From NCBI GenBank assembly GCA_963664325.2, contig CAXXDQ010000009.1:1-64000 (forward strand): a stretch of 64,000 nt of DNA, given 5' to 3'. The notes beneath the pieces were generated by a model that ran no database searches, was not told the origin of the DNA, and was given only the letters and a program-made list of their open reading frames with translations. The stretch's first letter is position 1. Each line of letters starts with the position of its first letter. Origin of the DNA: Desulfomonilia bacterium. GTDB taxonomy: Bacteria > Desulfobacterota > Desulfomonilia > UBA1062. The position numbers and the translations under genes are program-made. Below are positions 9,932-19,797 of the stretch, piece by piece.

Positions 9932-11476
9932 TTATGGTGCAAGACTGTCAATAAGCTCTATATAATCCTGCCACGGGTTTGCGCCGAACTTCAGCAGCTG
10001 TTCGTAAAGTACCGGTGAATATTGGTGCTCAGCTCCCCATATGTTATGAAATATCGTCATTCCGGTTACATCGGGATAATTGTAATTCCTTGCATAAACA
10101 ACCATATCGTCATATGCCGAAATCGCCAGACTGGCTTTTTCTTTGACGCTCACTGGCAGGTTCGCTTCTGAAATAACATTACTCATGTAGTTGCCGAAAT
10201 CTATATAATAGAAATCATCGTAACTGGTTGAGTAATTCTCCATCATGGAATAGCTGTTATCGGCGGCATTATTGTAATAAACGGCGTTTGCGGAATTCAA
10301 GTTGATATCAGCAATTGCATCTGTTGCGTAAGCGTCAATTGCCGAATAGAGATCAGTCATCCGCGATAAATCAACCAGAGATATGGTAAAATCTACCCTT
10401 CCGGATGCTACCGGGCTTGATGCAAGATACTGATAAGCCTTGTTGCATATCGTTTCGCCCAATGTTTCAGTTGATATCTCAGGATCAGATGTCACAGCCT
10501 CAAGCCCCTGATATGAGAATGTTGCAGCCGGAAACAGCTCTTCTGAAAACAGCAGGTAATCGACACTGTCTTTCAGCTCGTATGCAAGCTCCACACCGCC
10601 CATGAGACATGCAAACGGATAAAACATGCTGATATTTTTTCCTGTCAGCGTCTTAAAATAATCACAAAGAACGCCAAGTTCATAATGAGTAAGCAAATCC
10701 TTGTCGGTTTCATCTATTCCTATATACAGGACTTTACCATCTTTTGAAGTATCATCAAAACCGCCGCCGTGGTTGAATATCGAATATATATATTTCTCGG
10801 ATGGATATGTGCCGGCCGCCCAGCTCATAAATGCCTTGTTGTCATCCAGGGAACCGGAATTAATTTCTGATAAGGACACAACCTTGTCAGAACTGAAATC
10901 ACCACCGGACAAATAATAGTACCCGTCAGAGAATTTTGTATCCTGATTGTACGCATCCATCATAACCATTATCTGTAATACATTATTTTTGTCCGAGGCC
11001 TTAATCTCTTCAAGGGTATTCAGGTATTGCGTAATGATGCCTGACTGCTTTTCAAATTCATAATCAATATTGTTATCAACTGCAAAATGGGCAAACAATG
11101 TCCACTTGTACGGGGTGTCGTCAATCTTTAATGTATAGCTTTTTTCAGCCTTGTACATTTTAAGATTAAAAACGGTGTCTTCAACCTTTATCGTAAAAGG
11201 ATAATCACCCGTGCCCGACAGTACTGTTCCCTTAATAGTGCCGTCAGTACCGAGTGTAACACCAGAAGGCAAGGCCCCTGAGGCCAAGGAAAAAGTGAAT
11301 TTTCCTGATCCGCCTTTTGCTGCAATCTTATAATGATATATCCCGCCGGCCTTGCCCGGCCTTACTGCATCATCCGTTATCTTTACAGGCAGACAACCGG
11401 CCAGCAAGGAACAGGCAAGAAAGAATACTACAGAGGCTCTTATAAAAACAGGTTTGGCCGTAAAAACATTTTTCAT
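9932..11476 (-). CDS. Clostripain-like (C11) cysteine peptidase lipoprotein with an N-terminal Ig-like (He_PIG) domain
   Basis: Lipobox LLAGC, GALPSGVTL..DGTIKGT Ig motif, WTLF..F.VDNN, NHGGG and FACLMG..E. Start taken at the ATG after GGAGG. Confidence 0.8.
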   Translation of the reverse strand: MKNVFTAKPVFIRASVVFFLACSLLAGCLPVKITDDAVRPGKAGGIYHYKIAAKGGSGKFTFSLASGALPSGVTLGTDGTIKGTVLSGTGDYPFTIKVEDTVFNLKMYKAEKSYTLKIDDTPYKWTLFAHFAVDNNIDYEFEKQSGIITQYLNTLEEIKASDKNNVLQIMVMMDAYNQDTKFSDGYYYLSGGDFSSDKVVSLSEINSGSLDDNKAFMSWAAGTYPSEKYIYSIFNHGGGFDDTSKDGKVLYIGIDETDKDLLTHYELGVLCDYFKTLTGKNISMFYPFACLMGGVELAYELKDSVDYLLFSEELFPAATFSYQGLEAVTSDPEISTETLGETICNKAYQYLASSPVASGRVDFTISLVDLSRMTDLYSAIDAYATDAIADINLNSANAVYYNNAADNSYSMMENYSTSYDDFYYIDFGNYMSNVISEANLPVSVKEKASLAISAYDDMVVYARNYNYPDVTGMTIFHNIWGAEHQYSPVLYEQLLKFGANPWQDYIELIDSLAP

Positions 11477-11591
11477 GCTACCTCCCACAGCACTATTATC
11501 TTTTCATATGCCATAAAATATATTTATAATTATCATAATAATACAAAATATTTTACTGGCAAGCTAAAGCCACAAGAATTAAGGAATATTT

Positions 11592-12506
11592 ATGCCCAAG
11601 GAAAATACGCATATATTTTTTGCCTACAACATCCTCTCCTGCCTTGAAGACAATGAAATTGTAAAACTGGCATCCCCCTATATCAGAGACTACCTGCTCG
11701 GCAGTATAATTCCCGATACATTTTTTTATAGCAACTATCCCGAAGTTATCGATATCTCCGAGCATATCCATGGCAAAGATGGTATCCAGACCAATGAAAT
11801 CATCTTCAAATGCATTGATAATTCAGATAACCCCAGGGACATTGCATTCGTATTGGGATTTATCACGCATTGCGCACTCGATATAATTATGCACCCCGTT
11901 ATCTATTACCTGACAGGCAATTATTATGACAAAGACCCCGCCCGTATGTCCCGTTCAAGATACAATCATTCCCTTTTCGAAACCGGACTGGATATTAAAA
12001 TTGGCAACAGCTTGAGAATTCACAAACAGATTAAACAGACCTCAATGAAAGACCTTATATTCAGGCAAATCGTTTCAGATTGTTTCAATGTTGACAGTTC
12101 GCTGCTGAATAAAACTCTGAAGAAACAGCTCATTTTAAATATGCTGTTTGATTCGGATGCCATACATAAAATTTTTAACATTATCATCAAGGCTGGCGCT
12201 TTTGGCGATCCTTATATACTCGGCCTCTTTTATCGCGAGGCAGCTGCCCCGTGGCAGCAGATATCTGACGGCTATGCCATAAGGGATATTATTTCGGGAG
12301 AGAAAAGGAATGTGACACTTAACGGCCTATTCAATGCAGCAAAGGAAAAGGCGCAGATAATGATGAATGCAGCCTTTGCATTTTATAAGGGTTCAATTTC
12401 AAGAAAGGACCTTCAAAAAGCTATTCCAGGGGAAAATCTCAACACGGGAAAGTCTGGGGTATATATTTCGGATATTGCCTATACGTTACATGACGGCATC
12501 GTCTGA
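11592..12506 (+). CDS. Zinc-dependent phospholipase C family protein (cytoplasmic)
   Basis: MPKENTH, GSIIPDTFFY, GFITHCALDIIMHP and H...E.GLD. Confidence 0.75.
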   Translation: MPKENTHIFFAYNILSCLEDNEIVKLASPYIRDYLLGSIIPDTFFYSNYPEVIDISEHIHGKDGIQTNEIIFKCIDNSDNPRDIAFVLGFITHCALDIIMHPVIYYLTGNYYDKDPARMSRSRYNHSLFETGLDIKIGNSLRIHKQIKQTSMKDLIFRQIVSDCFNVDSSLLNKTLKKQLILNMLFDSDAIHKIFNIIIKAGAFGDPYILGLFYREAAAPWQQISDGYAIRDIISGEKRNVTLNGLFNAAKEKAQIMMNAAFAFYKGSISRKDLQKAIPGENLNTGKSGVYISDIAYTLHDGIV

Positions 12507-13208
12507 GGTCTTTTCCTTTTTCAAGTCTTCCAGGTGAAATTTGAAACTGGCCTCAAAAACGCCCCTCTGTCTGATATGTTCTTTTGCATACTCCCTGATC
12601 GTAGGACTCCAGTCGTCAAGATATTCTCTATAGTCACGACAGATCGAATGAATGGAATTAAGTTCAAGCGTCTTAATCTCCCTCAGCACCAGAAGGTTTT
12701 TTGAGGGTATCACAATTGACATCCATCTTTCCTTCAAACTCTGAACTTTTTCATTGAGAATATTAATGTCATTAACAGCCTTCTTGATATCAGGTTTTAT
12801 CGTCTTGTCTTTTGCTGTCTTCTTTTTAACAATGGAATCCATAAGGACATTCAAGCTGTTTAGATCTCCGTTAATCTCACTTTCGGGTTGTGAAAGGTTA
12901 TCAAGCTCTTTAAAAAACTTTGCTTTATCCTCTTTGCCTTTATTATACTCCTGTTCGGTCAGATTGCTTTCATCAATACCAGTAATGTCTGAAAGAGGTA
13001 TTTCCCGGTTTTCACATATATGGAATGTATTATCGGTTATCCAGTAGCACCCTGTTTTTATATTTTCTCTTGGTGTGCTAACAATATAATAACCATAAAC
13101 CGGCAATGCATAAAGAGTTAAGAAAAAACCGGCAATGGCAAAACCTATTGCTATCTTAGGGTAATGCCAAGTTCCTTCTGAAGTGTCTGTATTATCAAAT
13201 CCTGCCAT
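12486..13208 (-). CDS. Hypothetical single-TM, coiled-coil protein downstream of pheT
   Basis: 240-aa ORF filling the gap, with one hydrophobic segment. It overlaps the pheT 3' end by 58 nt, so the start is uncertain. Confidence 0.55.
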   Translation of the reverse strand: MAGFDNTDTSEGTWHYPKIAIGFAIAGFFLTLYALPVYGYYIVSTPRENIKTGCYWITDNTFHICENREIPLSDITGIDESNLTEQEYNKGKEDKAKFFKELDNLSQPESEINGDLNSLNVLMDSIVKKKTAKDKTIKPDIKKAVNDINILNEKVQSLKERWMSIVIPSKNLLVLREIKTLELNSIHSICRDYREYLDDWSPTIREYAKEHIRQRGVFEASFKFHLEDLKKEKTSDDAVM

Positions 13209-15502
13209 TTGTTTATCTGTTTGTCGTCAAGTGTCTTTTCCCGCGACTGGTAAGTTACTCGTACTGTTATCCCCTTTTTCCCTGAAGGAAGTTTGTCTCC
13301 TGAATAGATGTCGATTGGTGTTATGTTTATCAGTTCATTGATATTAAGATCTTTTACAAGTTGTTCGATCCTTCCGTATTCAATATTTTCATCCGAAACA
13401 AGCGAGAGGTCCCGCCATGTGGCCGGAAATTTTGGAACAGTTTTCATACCAGCCCATTCTTCATAGGATAAGGCTGCATACTCGACTTCAAGAACATATA
13501 TATCCTCGTTAACATCCAATGCCTGCAATATCTCATCAGATACTGCCCCCAGGCACCCTGCCAAATCTCCACCTGACAGAACATCTGCCTGCATTCCCGG
13601 TTTGAAAAAAGCATGGTTTGATTGCCTGAGAACGACACCGGGGATCAATGCCTCGGCAAAACCCTTGAGGTCATAGAAATCTACATTCGACTTCTGTTCA
13701 GAGAAATGCTGGTCCCTTCGGCTTCCTGATATGGCAATTCCGATCATCTCTTTTTCCTGGGGAAGCTTCTGGCCGGCCTTCGGGAAAAAGCATCTGCCTG
13801 TCTCGAACAAACTTATGTTCTTGTTCTGCAGATTTTTATTCCTTGCTGCAACACCAATAAGCCCCGGTATGAGTGATGAACGCATTAAACTCATATCCTC
13901 GGATAAAGGATTTTTCAACTGCAGCATGCCTTCTCCGAACCACTTCTTCCACATCGGCGCTATGAATGAATAGGTTATGATCTCGTTTAATCCCATGGAT
14001 GCAAGCCTGATTTTTAAGGATCTGGCCTTGTCTTCACTATAAGCACCACCATCAGGCCTGTATAAAGGCAGTTCAGGCCTTACCCTGTCCATTCCGTATA
14101 TCCTTATGAATTCCTCAACGAGGTCAATCTCGTACTCAAGGTCATGCCTTAAGGCAGGAACGGTTATTCCCCATTCGCCGTTAGAACCTTCAATTTTACA
14201 GCCAAGCCTTATAAATATCTCTTCAACTTCACTATTTGAAAAATCCGATATGCCAAGGACTTTCTCCAGATACATTCTTCTCAGCAGTATGATCCTGCCT
14301 GAAAGAGTCGAATAATTCTTATCGATTATGCCTTTTGCTACTTTTCCATCTCCAAGCTCCTGCATGAGCCAAGCTGCCCGGTCCGCCGCGACAGCTTGAA
14401 TTTCCGGATCAATCCCTCTTTCAAACCTGTAGGATGCCTCAGTTGAAAGCCCTGATTTTCTGGAAGTACTCCTTATGCCCAGGGGATTGAAAAATGCGCT
14501 CTCCAGCGTTACATCAGTCGTATCATCTTTTACTTCTGAATTTTCACCGCCCATGACCCCTGCCAATGCGACAGGCTTTGACTTATCGCAGATAAGCAGA
14601 TCCGCTTCTGTGAGTTTCCTCTCTACCGAATCCAGTGTGGTGAATCTTTCCCCGGGCTGCGCCCTCCTTACAACAATGCCTTTGCCTTCAAGAAACCGGT
14701 GGTCAAAAGCATGCAGGGGTTGGCCGTATTCAAGCATCACCAGGTTCGTAATATCTACTATATTGTTGATCGCACGCACACCGGACTGGAACAGCCTGCG
14801 CCTCATCCAGAAAGGACTTTTCCTGATCTTGATGTTTTTTATATGTCTTGCGCAGTATCTGGGACAACCATCTTTCGAGATTATTTCTACGCTCAGATAA
14901 CTTTCAACCGGCTCTGCATCTTCATTGATTTTAAAGACAGGAAGCCGGAGTTCCTTTTTAAATATCGCTGAAAGTTCCCTGGCTATGCCCAGCACTGACA
15001 GACAGTCGCCCCTGTTCGGCGTCACATTTATTTCAAACAGCCAATCTTCCAGGTTGTTGCTTTCTAAAAGGCTTACTCCCGGTTTAAGGTCGTCATCAAG
15101 TTCCATTATACCTGTGTGGTCATCCGTAAGTCCGAGCTCTTTTTCCGAAAGTAATATCCCGAAAGATTCCTCGCCTCTTATTTTCGCCTTTTTAACCTTG
15201 AAGTCTCCGATTGTTGCCCCTTCAGGCGCATATGCACTTACAAGACCTGCCCTCACATTGGGGGCCCCGCATACGACTTTTATCGGATCATCCGATCCCG
15301 CATCAACCATACATATACTCAGTTTATCTGCATTGGGATGAGGCAGTACTTCAATTATCTTTGCGCTGATTATCTCCCCGGGAATGGTTGAATGTTCCAG
15401 GCCCTCCACTTCGATACCGCTCATTGTAAGCGACGATGCCACATCAGCAGCCGATGCTTCAATATCAATGAACTCTCTTATCCAGTTATAACTTATCTTC
15501 AT
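13151..15502 (-). CDS. pheT: Phenylalanyl-tRNA synthetase beta subunit
   Basis: MKISYNW, HPNADKL, VCGAPNV, TPNRGD, FERGID and an FDX-ACB C-terminus. Follows pheS. Confidence 0.98.
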   Translation of the reverse strand: MKISYNWIREFIDIEASAADVASSLTMSGIEVEGLEHSTIPGEIISAKIIEVLPHPNADKLSICMVDAGSDDPIKVVCGAPNVRAGLVSAYAPEGATIGDFKVKKAKIRGEESFGILLSEKELGLTDDHTGIMELDDDLKPGVSLLESNNLEDWLFEINVTPNRGDCLSVLGIARELSAIFKKELRLPVFKINEDAEPVESYLSVEIISKDGCPRYCARHIKNIKIRKSPFWMRRRLFQSGVRAINNIVDITNLVMLEYGQPLHAFDHRFLEGKGIVVRRAQPGERFTTLDSVERKLTEADLLICDKSKPVALAGVMGGENSEVKDDTTDVTLESAFFNPLGIRSTSRKSGLSTEASYRFERGIDPEIQAVAADRAAWLMQELGDGKVAKGIIDKNYSTLSGRIILLRRMYLEKVLGISDFSNSEVEEIFIRLGCKIEGSNGEWGITVPALRHDLEYEIDLVEEFIRIYGMDRVRPELPLYRPDGGAYSEDKARSLKIRLASMGLNEIITYSFIAPMWKKWFGEGMLQLKNPLSEDMSLMRSSLIPGLIGVAARNKNLQNKNISLFETGRCFFPKAGQKLPQEKEMIGIAISGSRRDQHFSEQKSNVDFYDLKGFAEALIPGVVLRQSNHAFFKPGMQADVLSGGDLAGCLGAVSDEILQALDVNEDIYVLEVEYAALSYEEWAGMKTVPKFPATWRDLSLVSDENIEYGRIEQLVKDLNINELINITPIDIYSGDKLPSGKKGITVRVTYQSREKTLDDKQINKWQDLIIQTLQKELGITLR

Positions 15503-15506
15503 TTTA

Positions 15507-16514
15507 TCATTTCAGGGGAAACTGTGTTAAAAACCTCATGTCATTCTCATAAAATGCCCGTATGTCGTCAATTCCATAAACCAGCATCGCCACCCTTTCC
15601 ACTCCGATTCCAAAAGCAAGTCCAGTCACCTTCTCGGGATCGATTCCGACATAGCTGTAAACATGGGGATTTACCATCCCGCAACCAAGAATCTCAATCC
15701 ATCCGGAATTCTTGCATACCCTGCAGCCTTTTCCTCCGCATATTATACAGCCCATATCCACTTCAGCCGATGGTTCGGTGAACGGGAAAAAGCTCGGTCT
15801 GAATCTAAGCGGAAGTTCCTTGCCGAACATTTCATGAATGAATGAATACAGTACACCTTTAAGATGGGCCAGTGTGATGCCTTCTTCCACCCAGAGCCCT
15901 TCAACCTGATGAAACATCGGTGAATGAGAGACATCGGAGTCGCACCTGTATACCTTGCCCGGTGCAATAATTCTGACAGGCAACGGCTTTGTCTCCATTA
16001 CCCTTATCTGAACAGAAGAAGTTTGCGTTCTCAAGAGAACATCGTCTGAAAAATAGAAAGTATCCTGCATATCGCGTGCAGGATGATGGGCAGGGATATT
16101 CAGTGCTTCGAAATTGTGGTAGTCGTCCTCAACCTCAGGCCCGTCCGCAATTGTAAATCCCAGTCCCAGAAATATATTTTCTATATCGGATTTTACCTTG
16201 TTGATTATATGAATGGTACCCTGTCTCGGCCTGCGGCCCGGAAGCGTTATATCGATACCCTGAACCTTAACAGATTCCGACCCCTTGATTTTTGAGGCAA
16301 TAGCCTCTTCCATTAAGATTTTCAGCTTGTTTGAAAGTGCACCTATCCGCGGTTTTTCATCTGCCGAAAGGCCTGCCATCTGCCTTAGTATGGATGTAAG
16401 CTCTCCCTTTCTCCCCAGATATTTTATCCTTAAATCTTCAAGCTCTTGGGAAGTTCTGGCAAGCGCGAGTTCTTTGTCAAAGGCCTCTCGCAGTTCTTCG
16501 AGCTTTTGTTCCAT
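15507..16514 (-). CDS. pheS: Phenylalanyl-tRNA synthetase alpha subunit
   Basis: HPARDMQDTFY, FRPSFFPFTEPS and GLAFGIGVER. Confidence 0.98.
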   Translation of the reverse strand: MEQKLEELREAFDKELALARTSQELEDLRIKYLGRKGELTSILRQMAGLSADEKPRIGALSNKLKILMEEAIASKIKGSESVKVQGIDITLPGRRPRQGTIHIINKVKSDIENIFLGLGFTIADGPEVEDDYHNFEALNIPAHHPARDMQDTFYFSDDVLLRTQTSSVQIRVMETKPLPVRIIAPGKVYRCDSDVSHSPMFHQVEGLWVEEGITLAHLKGVLYSFIHEMFGKELPLRFRPSFFPFTEPSAEVDMGCIICGGKGCRVCKNSGWIEILGCGMVNPHVYSYVGIDPEKVTGLAFGIGVERVAMLVYGIDDIRAFYENDMRFLTQFPLK

Positions 16515-16862
16515 TTATGCAGCTGCTACAGTATTTACTATATATGAAAAACCCTTTGGATCGGTTACTGCTATATCTGAAAGAACCTTGCGGTCAAGCT
16601 CAACACCCGCCGAGTCAAGGGCAGCTATAAATCTGGAATAATTTTTACCTTCCATCCTCACTGCAGCATTAATACGGGCAATCCAAAGTCTTCTGAACTC
16701 GCGTTTCTTCTGGCGCCTGTCCCTGTATGAATAAGACATTGCCTTGTACAGCGTTTCCTTCGTTGCGCGCATCAGCTTCCTTCTGCCTCCGACAAATCCT
16801 TTGGCAGCTTTGCGGAGGGCCCGCTTTTTCCTGTTGCCTACTATTCCGCGTTTTACTCGCAT
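16515..16862 (-). CDS. rplT: 50S ribosomal protein L20
   Basis: [22 protein letters not shown] and [10 protein letters not shown]. Confidence 0.98.
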   Translation of the reverse strand: MRVKRGIVGNRKKRALRKAAKGFVGGRRKLMRATKETLYKAMSYSYRDRRQKKREFRRLWIARINAAVRMEGKNYSRFIAALDSAGVELDRKVLSDIAVTDPKGFSYIVNTVAAA

Positions 16863-16874
16863 TTTATATACCCC

Positions 16875-17069
16875 TTACAAATATGGAAGAATCCTTTTCA
16901 GACCGGTCATATTGGCCGAATCAACAATGGCAGATTTTCCGAGATGACGTTTCTGTTTCCTGTTTTTTGACGAGAGTAGATGCCTGTGGAATGCCTTCCC
17001 TCTCTTCAGTTTACCGCCACCCGTTGCACTGAACCGCTTCGCTGCGCTTCTGTTCGTTTTGATCTTCAT
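16875..17069 (-). CDS. rpmI: 50S ribosomal protein L35
   Basis: KIKTNRSAAKRF...HLL...LPY, located between infC and rplT. Confidence 0.97.
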   Translation of the reverse strand: MKIKTNRSAAKRFSATGGGKLKRGKAFHRHLLSSKNRKQKRHLGKSAIVDSANMTGLKRILPYL

Positions 17070-17089
17070 TTTAAAACTCCTTAAGAAAA

Positions 17090-17611
17090 CTATTTCGGGA
17101 CCACCATCATTACCATGATCCTGCCTTCCAGCATGGGTTCGTTTGCCGGCGAACCAAGGTCCGCCACCTCTTCTTTTACCCTTGCCAGAATAGCCAAACC
17201 TTTATCTTTATGTATTATTTCTCTGCCTCTGAAAAATATAACCACTTTTACTTTGTTCTTGGCTTCGAGAAATTTTCTTATATGCCTTAATTTGAACTGG
17301 TAATCGTGCTCATCCGTCTTCGGTCTGAATTTGATCTCTTTGAGAACAACCGAAGTCTGCTTCTTTTTCGCAATATGCTGCCTTTTTGTCTGTTCATATT
17401 TATACTTGCCGTAATCCATTATGCGGCAGACAGGCGGTACTGCTTTCGGCGAAACCTCAACGAGATCCAAATCATGATCATGAGCCCTGTCCAGTGCAAT
17501 AGGCACTGTCATGATTCCCAGCTGTTCACCATCCGGTGCTATTACTCTTACACTGTCGGCCACTATCTTCTCGTTAATTCTTATTGTTTCTTTATCATTA
17601 TCCTTACTTAT
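17090..17611 (-). CDS. infC: Translation initiation factor IF-3 (non-canonical ATA start)
   Basis: PPVCRIMDYGKYKYE and KEIKFRP. The frame extends 16 codons above the GTG at 17563 to an ATA preceded by GGAGG-5 nt, restoring the RINEKI motif. Confidence 0.95.
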   Translation of the reverse strand: MSKDNDKETIRINEKIVADSVRVIAPDGEQLGIMTVPIALDRAHDHDLDLVEVSPKAVPPVCRIMDYGKYKYEQTKRQHIAKKKQTSVVLKEIKFRPKTDEHDYQFKLRHIRKFLEAKNKVKVVIFFRGREIIHKDKGLAILARVKEEVADLGSPANEPMLEGRIMVMMVVPK

Positions 17612-17640
17612 ACCAGCCTCCCTAAATAAAAAGATGCGAT

Positions 17641-17669
17641 TATGTACCCTAGTGCTTACATGTTGTCAA
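17641..17669 (-). promoter_or_regulatory. Putative internal sigma70 promoter for infC
   Basis: TTGACA-17 nt-TACATA (or CATAAT at 19 nt) between the thrS stop and the infC SD. Confidence 0.4.
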
Positions 17670-17675
17670 TACGTA

Positions 17676-19550
17676 TCAGGCCAGCGGATTGGCATTTTTT
17701 ACCATTTTTATGAATTCGTCGACCGTAGACGGATTCTGCTGGCCCGAACGGTCTCTAATCATGACAATATTTTCCGATTTTTCCTTATCGCCGATTACAA
17801 GCATGAAGGGAACCTGTGCCAGCCTGGCTTCTCTTATCTTGAAGCCGATCTTTTCATTACGGTCATCAAATTCCACCCTGATATCGGCATCCCTGAGCTT
17901 AGCTACAACTTCCCCGGCGTAGTCTGCCTGGGAATCGGTAATGTTCATTACAACCGCCTGGACAGGAGCGATCCATACAGGGAAGGCCCCGGCATAATGC
18001 TCGATCAGAACGCCTATGAACCTTTCCATCGAGCCGAATACGACCCTGTGAAGCATGACCGGCCTGTGCTTGCCGCCATCGGCCCCGATATAATGGATGT
18101 CGAATTTCTGAGGCAAGGCGAAGTCGCACTGAATAGTGGCACACTGCCATTTCCTGCCTATGGCGTCCTTTATCTTTATATCGATCTTGGGTCCATAGAA
18201 TGCGCCGTCGCCTTCATTGATATCATAAGGCAGACCCTTTTTATCAAGAGATTCAATCAGTGCCTCTGTTGCAAGCTTCCAGTCTTCGTCGGAACCGATT
18301 GATTTATCGGGTCTCGTACTGACTTCCACCTCATATTCGAATCCGAATATGGCCATGACCTTGTCAACCAGATTTATAACCGAAGTTACTTCTTCAACTA
18401 TCTGATCAGGCCTGCAGAAAATATGGGCGTCGTCCTGCGTGAACTGCCTGACCCTCAATAAACCATGCAGCACACCGGACTTCTCATGCCTTATAACGGA
18501 ACCGAGTTCAAAGTACCTTAGAGGCAGGTCGCGGTAGCTCCTGACCTTCGATTTATATATCTGTATGTGGGACAGGCAGTTCATGGGCTTGATTCCATAA
18601 AGCTGACTGTCCACTTCCGAGAAATACATATTCTCCTTGTAGTTGTCCATATGGCCTGAAATTTCCCAGAGTTTTCCCCTCAGAAGGCTTGGACCATAGA
18701 CGATATCATATCCGTTTTTCAGGTGAAGCCTCTTTTCAAACTCTTCCAGGATGCTCCTCAATATCCCGCCTTTGGGCATGAATACGACCATGCCCGGACC
18801 TATATCGTCGCTTATCATGAAGAGTTCAAGCTCCCTGCCCAGTCTCCTGTGGTCGCGCTTTTTAGCCTCTTCAATAAAATTAAGATAATCTTTGAGCGCA
18901 TCCTTCGAAGCAAACGCCGTCCCGTATATGCGCTGGAGCATTTTGTTTTTCTCGTCGCCGCGCCAGTATGCGCCTGCTACGGAAAGGAGCTTGAACGCCT
19001 TGACATATCCGGTCGAAGGCACATGCGGACCGCGACACAGGTCGACAAAAGAGCCCTGCTCATATGTGGAGACTTCAGGATCGGTTATGTCATTCAGTAT
19101 TTCAACTTTGTACGGCTCACCGTTCTCCTTAAAAAAGTCTATTGCATCTTTTTTTAAAAGAACCTTCCTGATAAATGGCTGATCGGCCTTGACAAGTTCT
19201 GCCATTTTGCTTTCGATCTTTGCAAGATCCTCAACCGAGAACGGCGTATCTCTGTCAAAGTCATAGTAAAATCCGTCTTCGGTAGACGGTCCTATAGTAG
19301 GCCTTGCGTCAGGAAACAGCGCCTTCACGGCCTCTGCCATAATATGAGCACAGGAATGTCTGATGATATTAAGACCCTCTTTCGAATCACCCTTTATTGT
19401 CTCAACCGTCTCTGTGCCTGTGAGCTCTGTCGAAAGGTCAACTGCTGTGCCGCCGATCTTTGCAGCAACAACGTCACGTCCCTTTACTAAATCCCTTATG
19501 GTCTTCCCATAAGGAACAGCCCTGCCGTCAAGCATCATGGTTTCAGACAT
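17676..19550 (-). CDS. thrS: Threonyl-tRNA synthetase
   Basis: RHSCAH, DLCRGPH, RDHRRLG, KPMNC and GAFYGPKID. Confidence 0.98.
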   Translation of the reverse strand: MSETMMLDGRAVPYGKTIRDLVKGRDVVAAKIGGTAVDLSTELTGTETVETIKGDSKEGLNIIRHSCAHIMAEAVKALFPDARPTIGPSTEDGFYYDFDRDTPFSVEDLAKIESKMAELVKADQPFIRKVLLKKDAIDFFKENGEPYKVEILNDITDPEVSTYEQGSFVDLCRGPHVPSTGYVKAFKLLSVAGAYWRGDEKNKMLQRIYGTAFASKDALKDYLNFIEEAKKRDHRRLGRELELFMISDDIGPGMVVFMPKGGILRSILEEFEKRLHLKNGYDIVYGPSLLRGKLWEISGHMDNYKENMYFSEVDSQLYGIKPMNCLSHIQIYKSKVRSYRDLPLRYFELGSVIRHEKSGVLHGLLRVRQFTQDDAHIFCRPDQIVEEVTSVINLVDKVMAIFGFEYEVEVSTRPDKSIGSDEDWKLATEALIESLDKKGLPYDINEGDGAFYGPKIDIKIKDAIGRKWQCATIQCDFALPQKFDIHYIGADGGKHRPVMLHRVVFGSMERFIGVLIEHYAGAFPVWIAPVQAVVMNITDSQADYAGEVVAKLRDADIRVEFDDRNEKIGFKIREARLAQVPFMLVIGDKEKSENIVMIRDRSGQQNPSTVDEFIKMVKNANPLA

Positions 19551-19797
19551 ACGGTCTCCATAAATGAATTATTGTTGGGTATATTTAAGCTGATATAATA
19601 AAATACACCTGCAAACCCGCATATATAATAAAAAATATTCATTGTAAACTCACGATTTGCCGTACAACTAGCAGGTTTATGTTAAAGTTTTTTCTTAAGG
19701 TTCAGCTTTCAATATCTGCATGAATATTGTAGTATGAACGCAAGCTTGGCTTTCCCGAAATCATTTTTGAATTAGATTTTTCAGATGGGGGTGGGGC

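Noticed and set aside
11498-11514. TGGCATATGAAAAGAT upstream of the clostripain gene as a sigma54 promoter
   Set aside because: It lacks the essential -12 GC.
17511-19182. Long + strand ORFs, including one of 263 aa
   Set aside because: Antisense shadows of thrS with no recognisable motifs.
19551-19797. T-box or riboswitch upstream of thrS
   Set aside because: No T-box consensus or antiterminator structure is visible.
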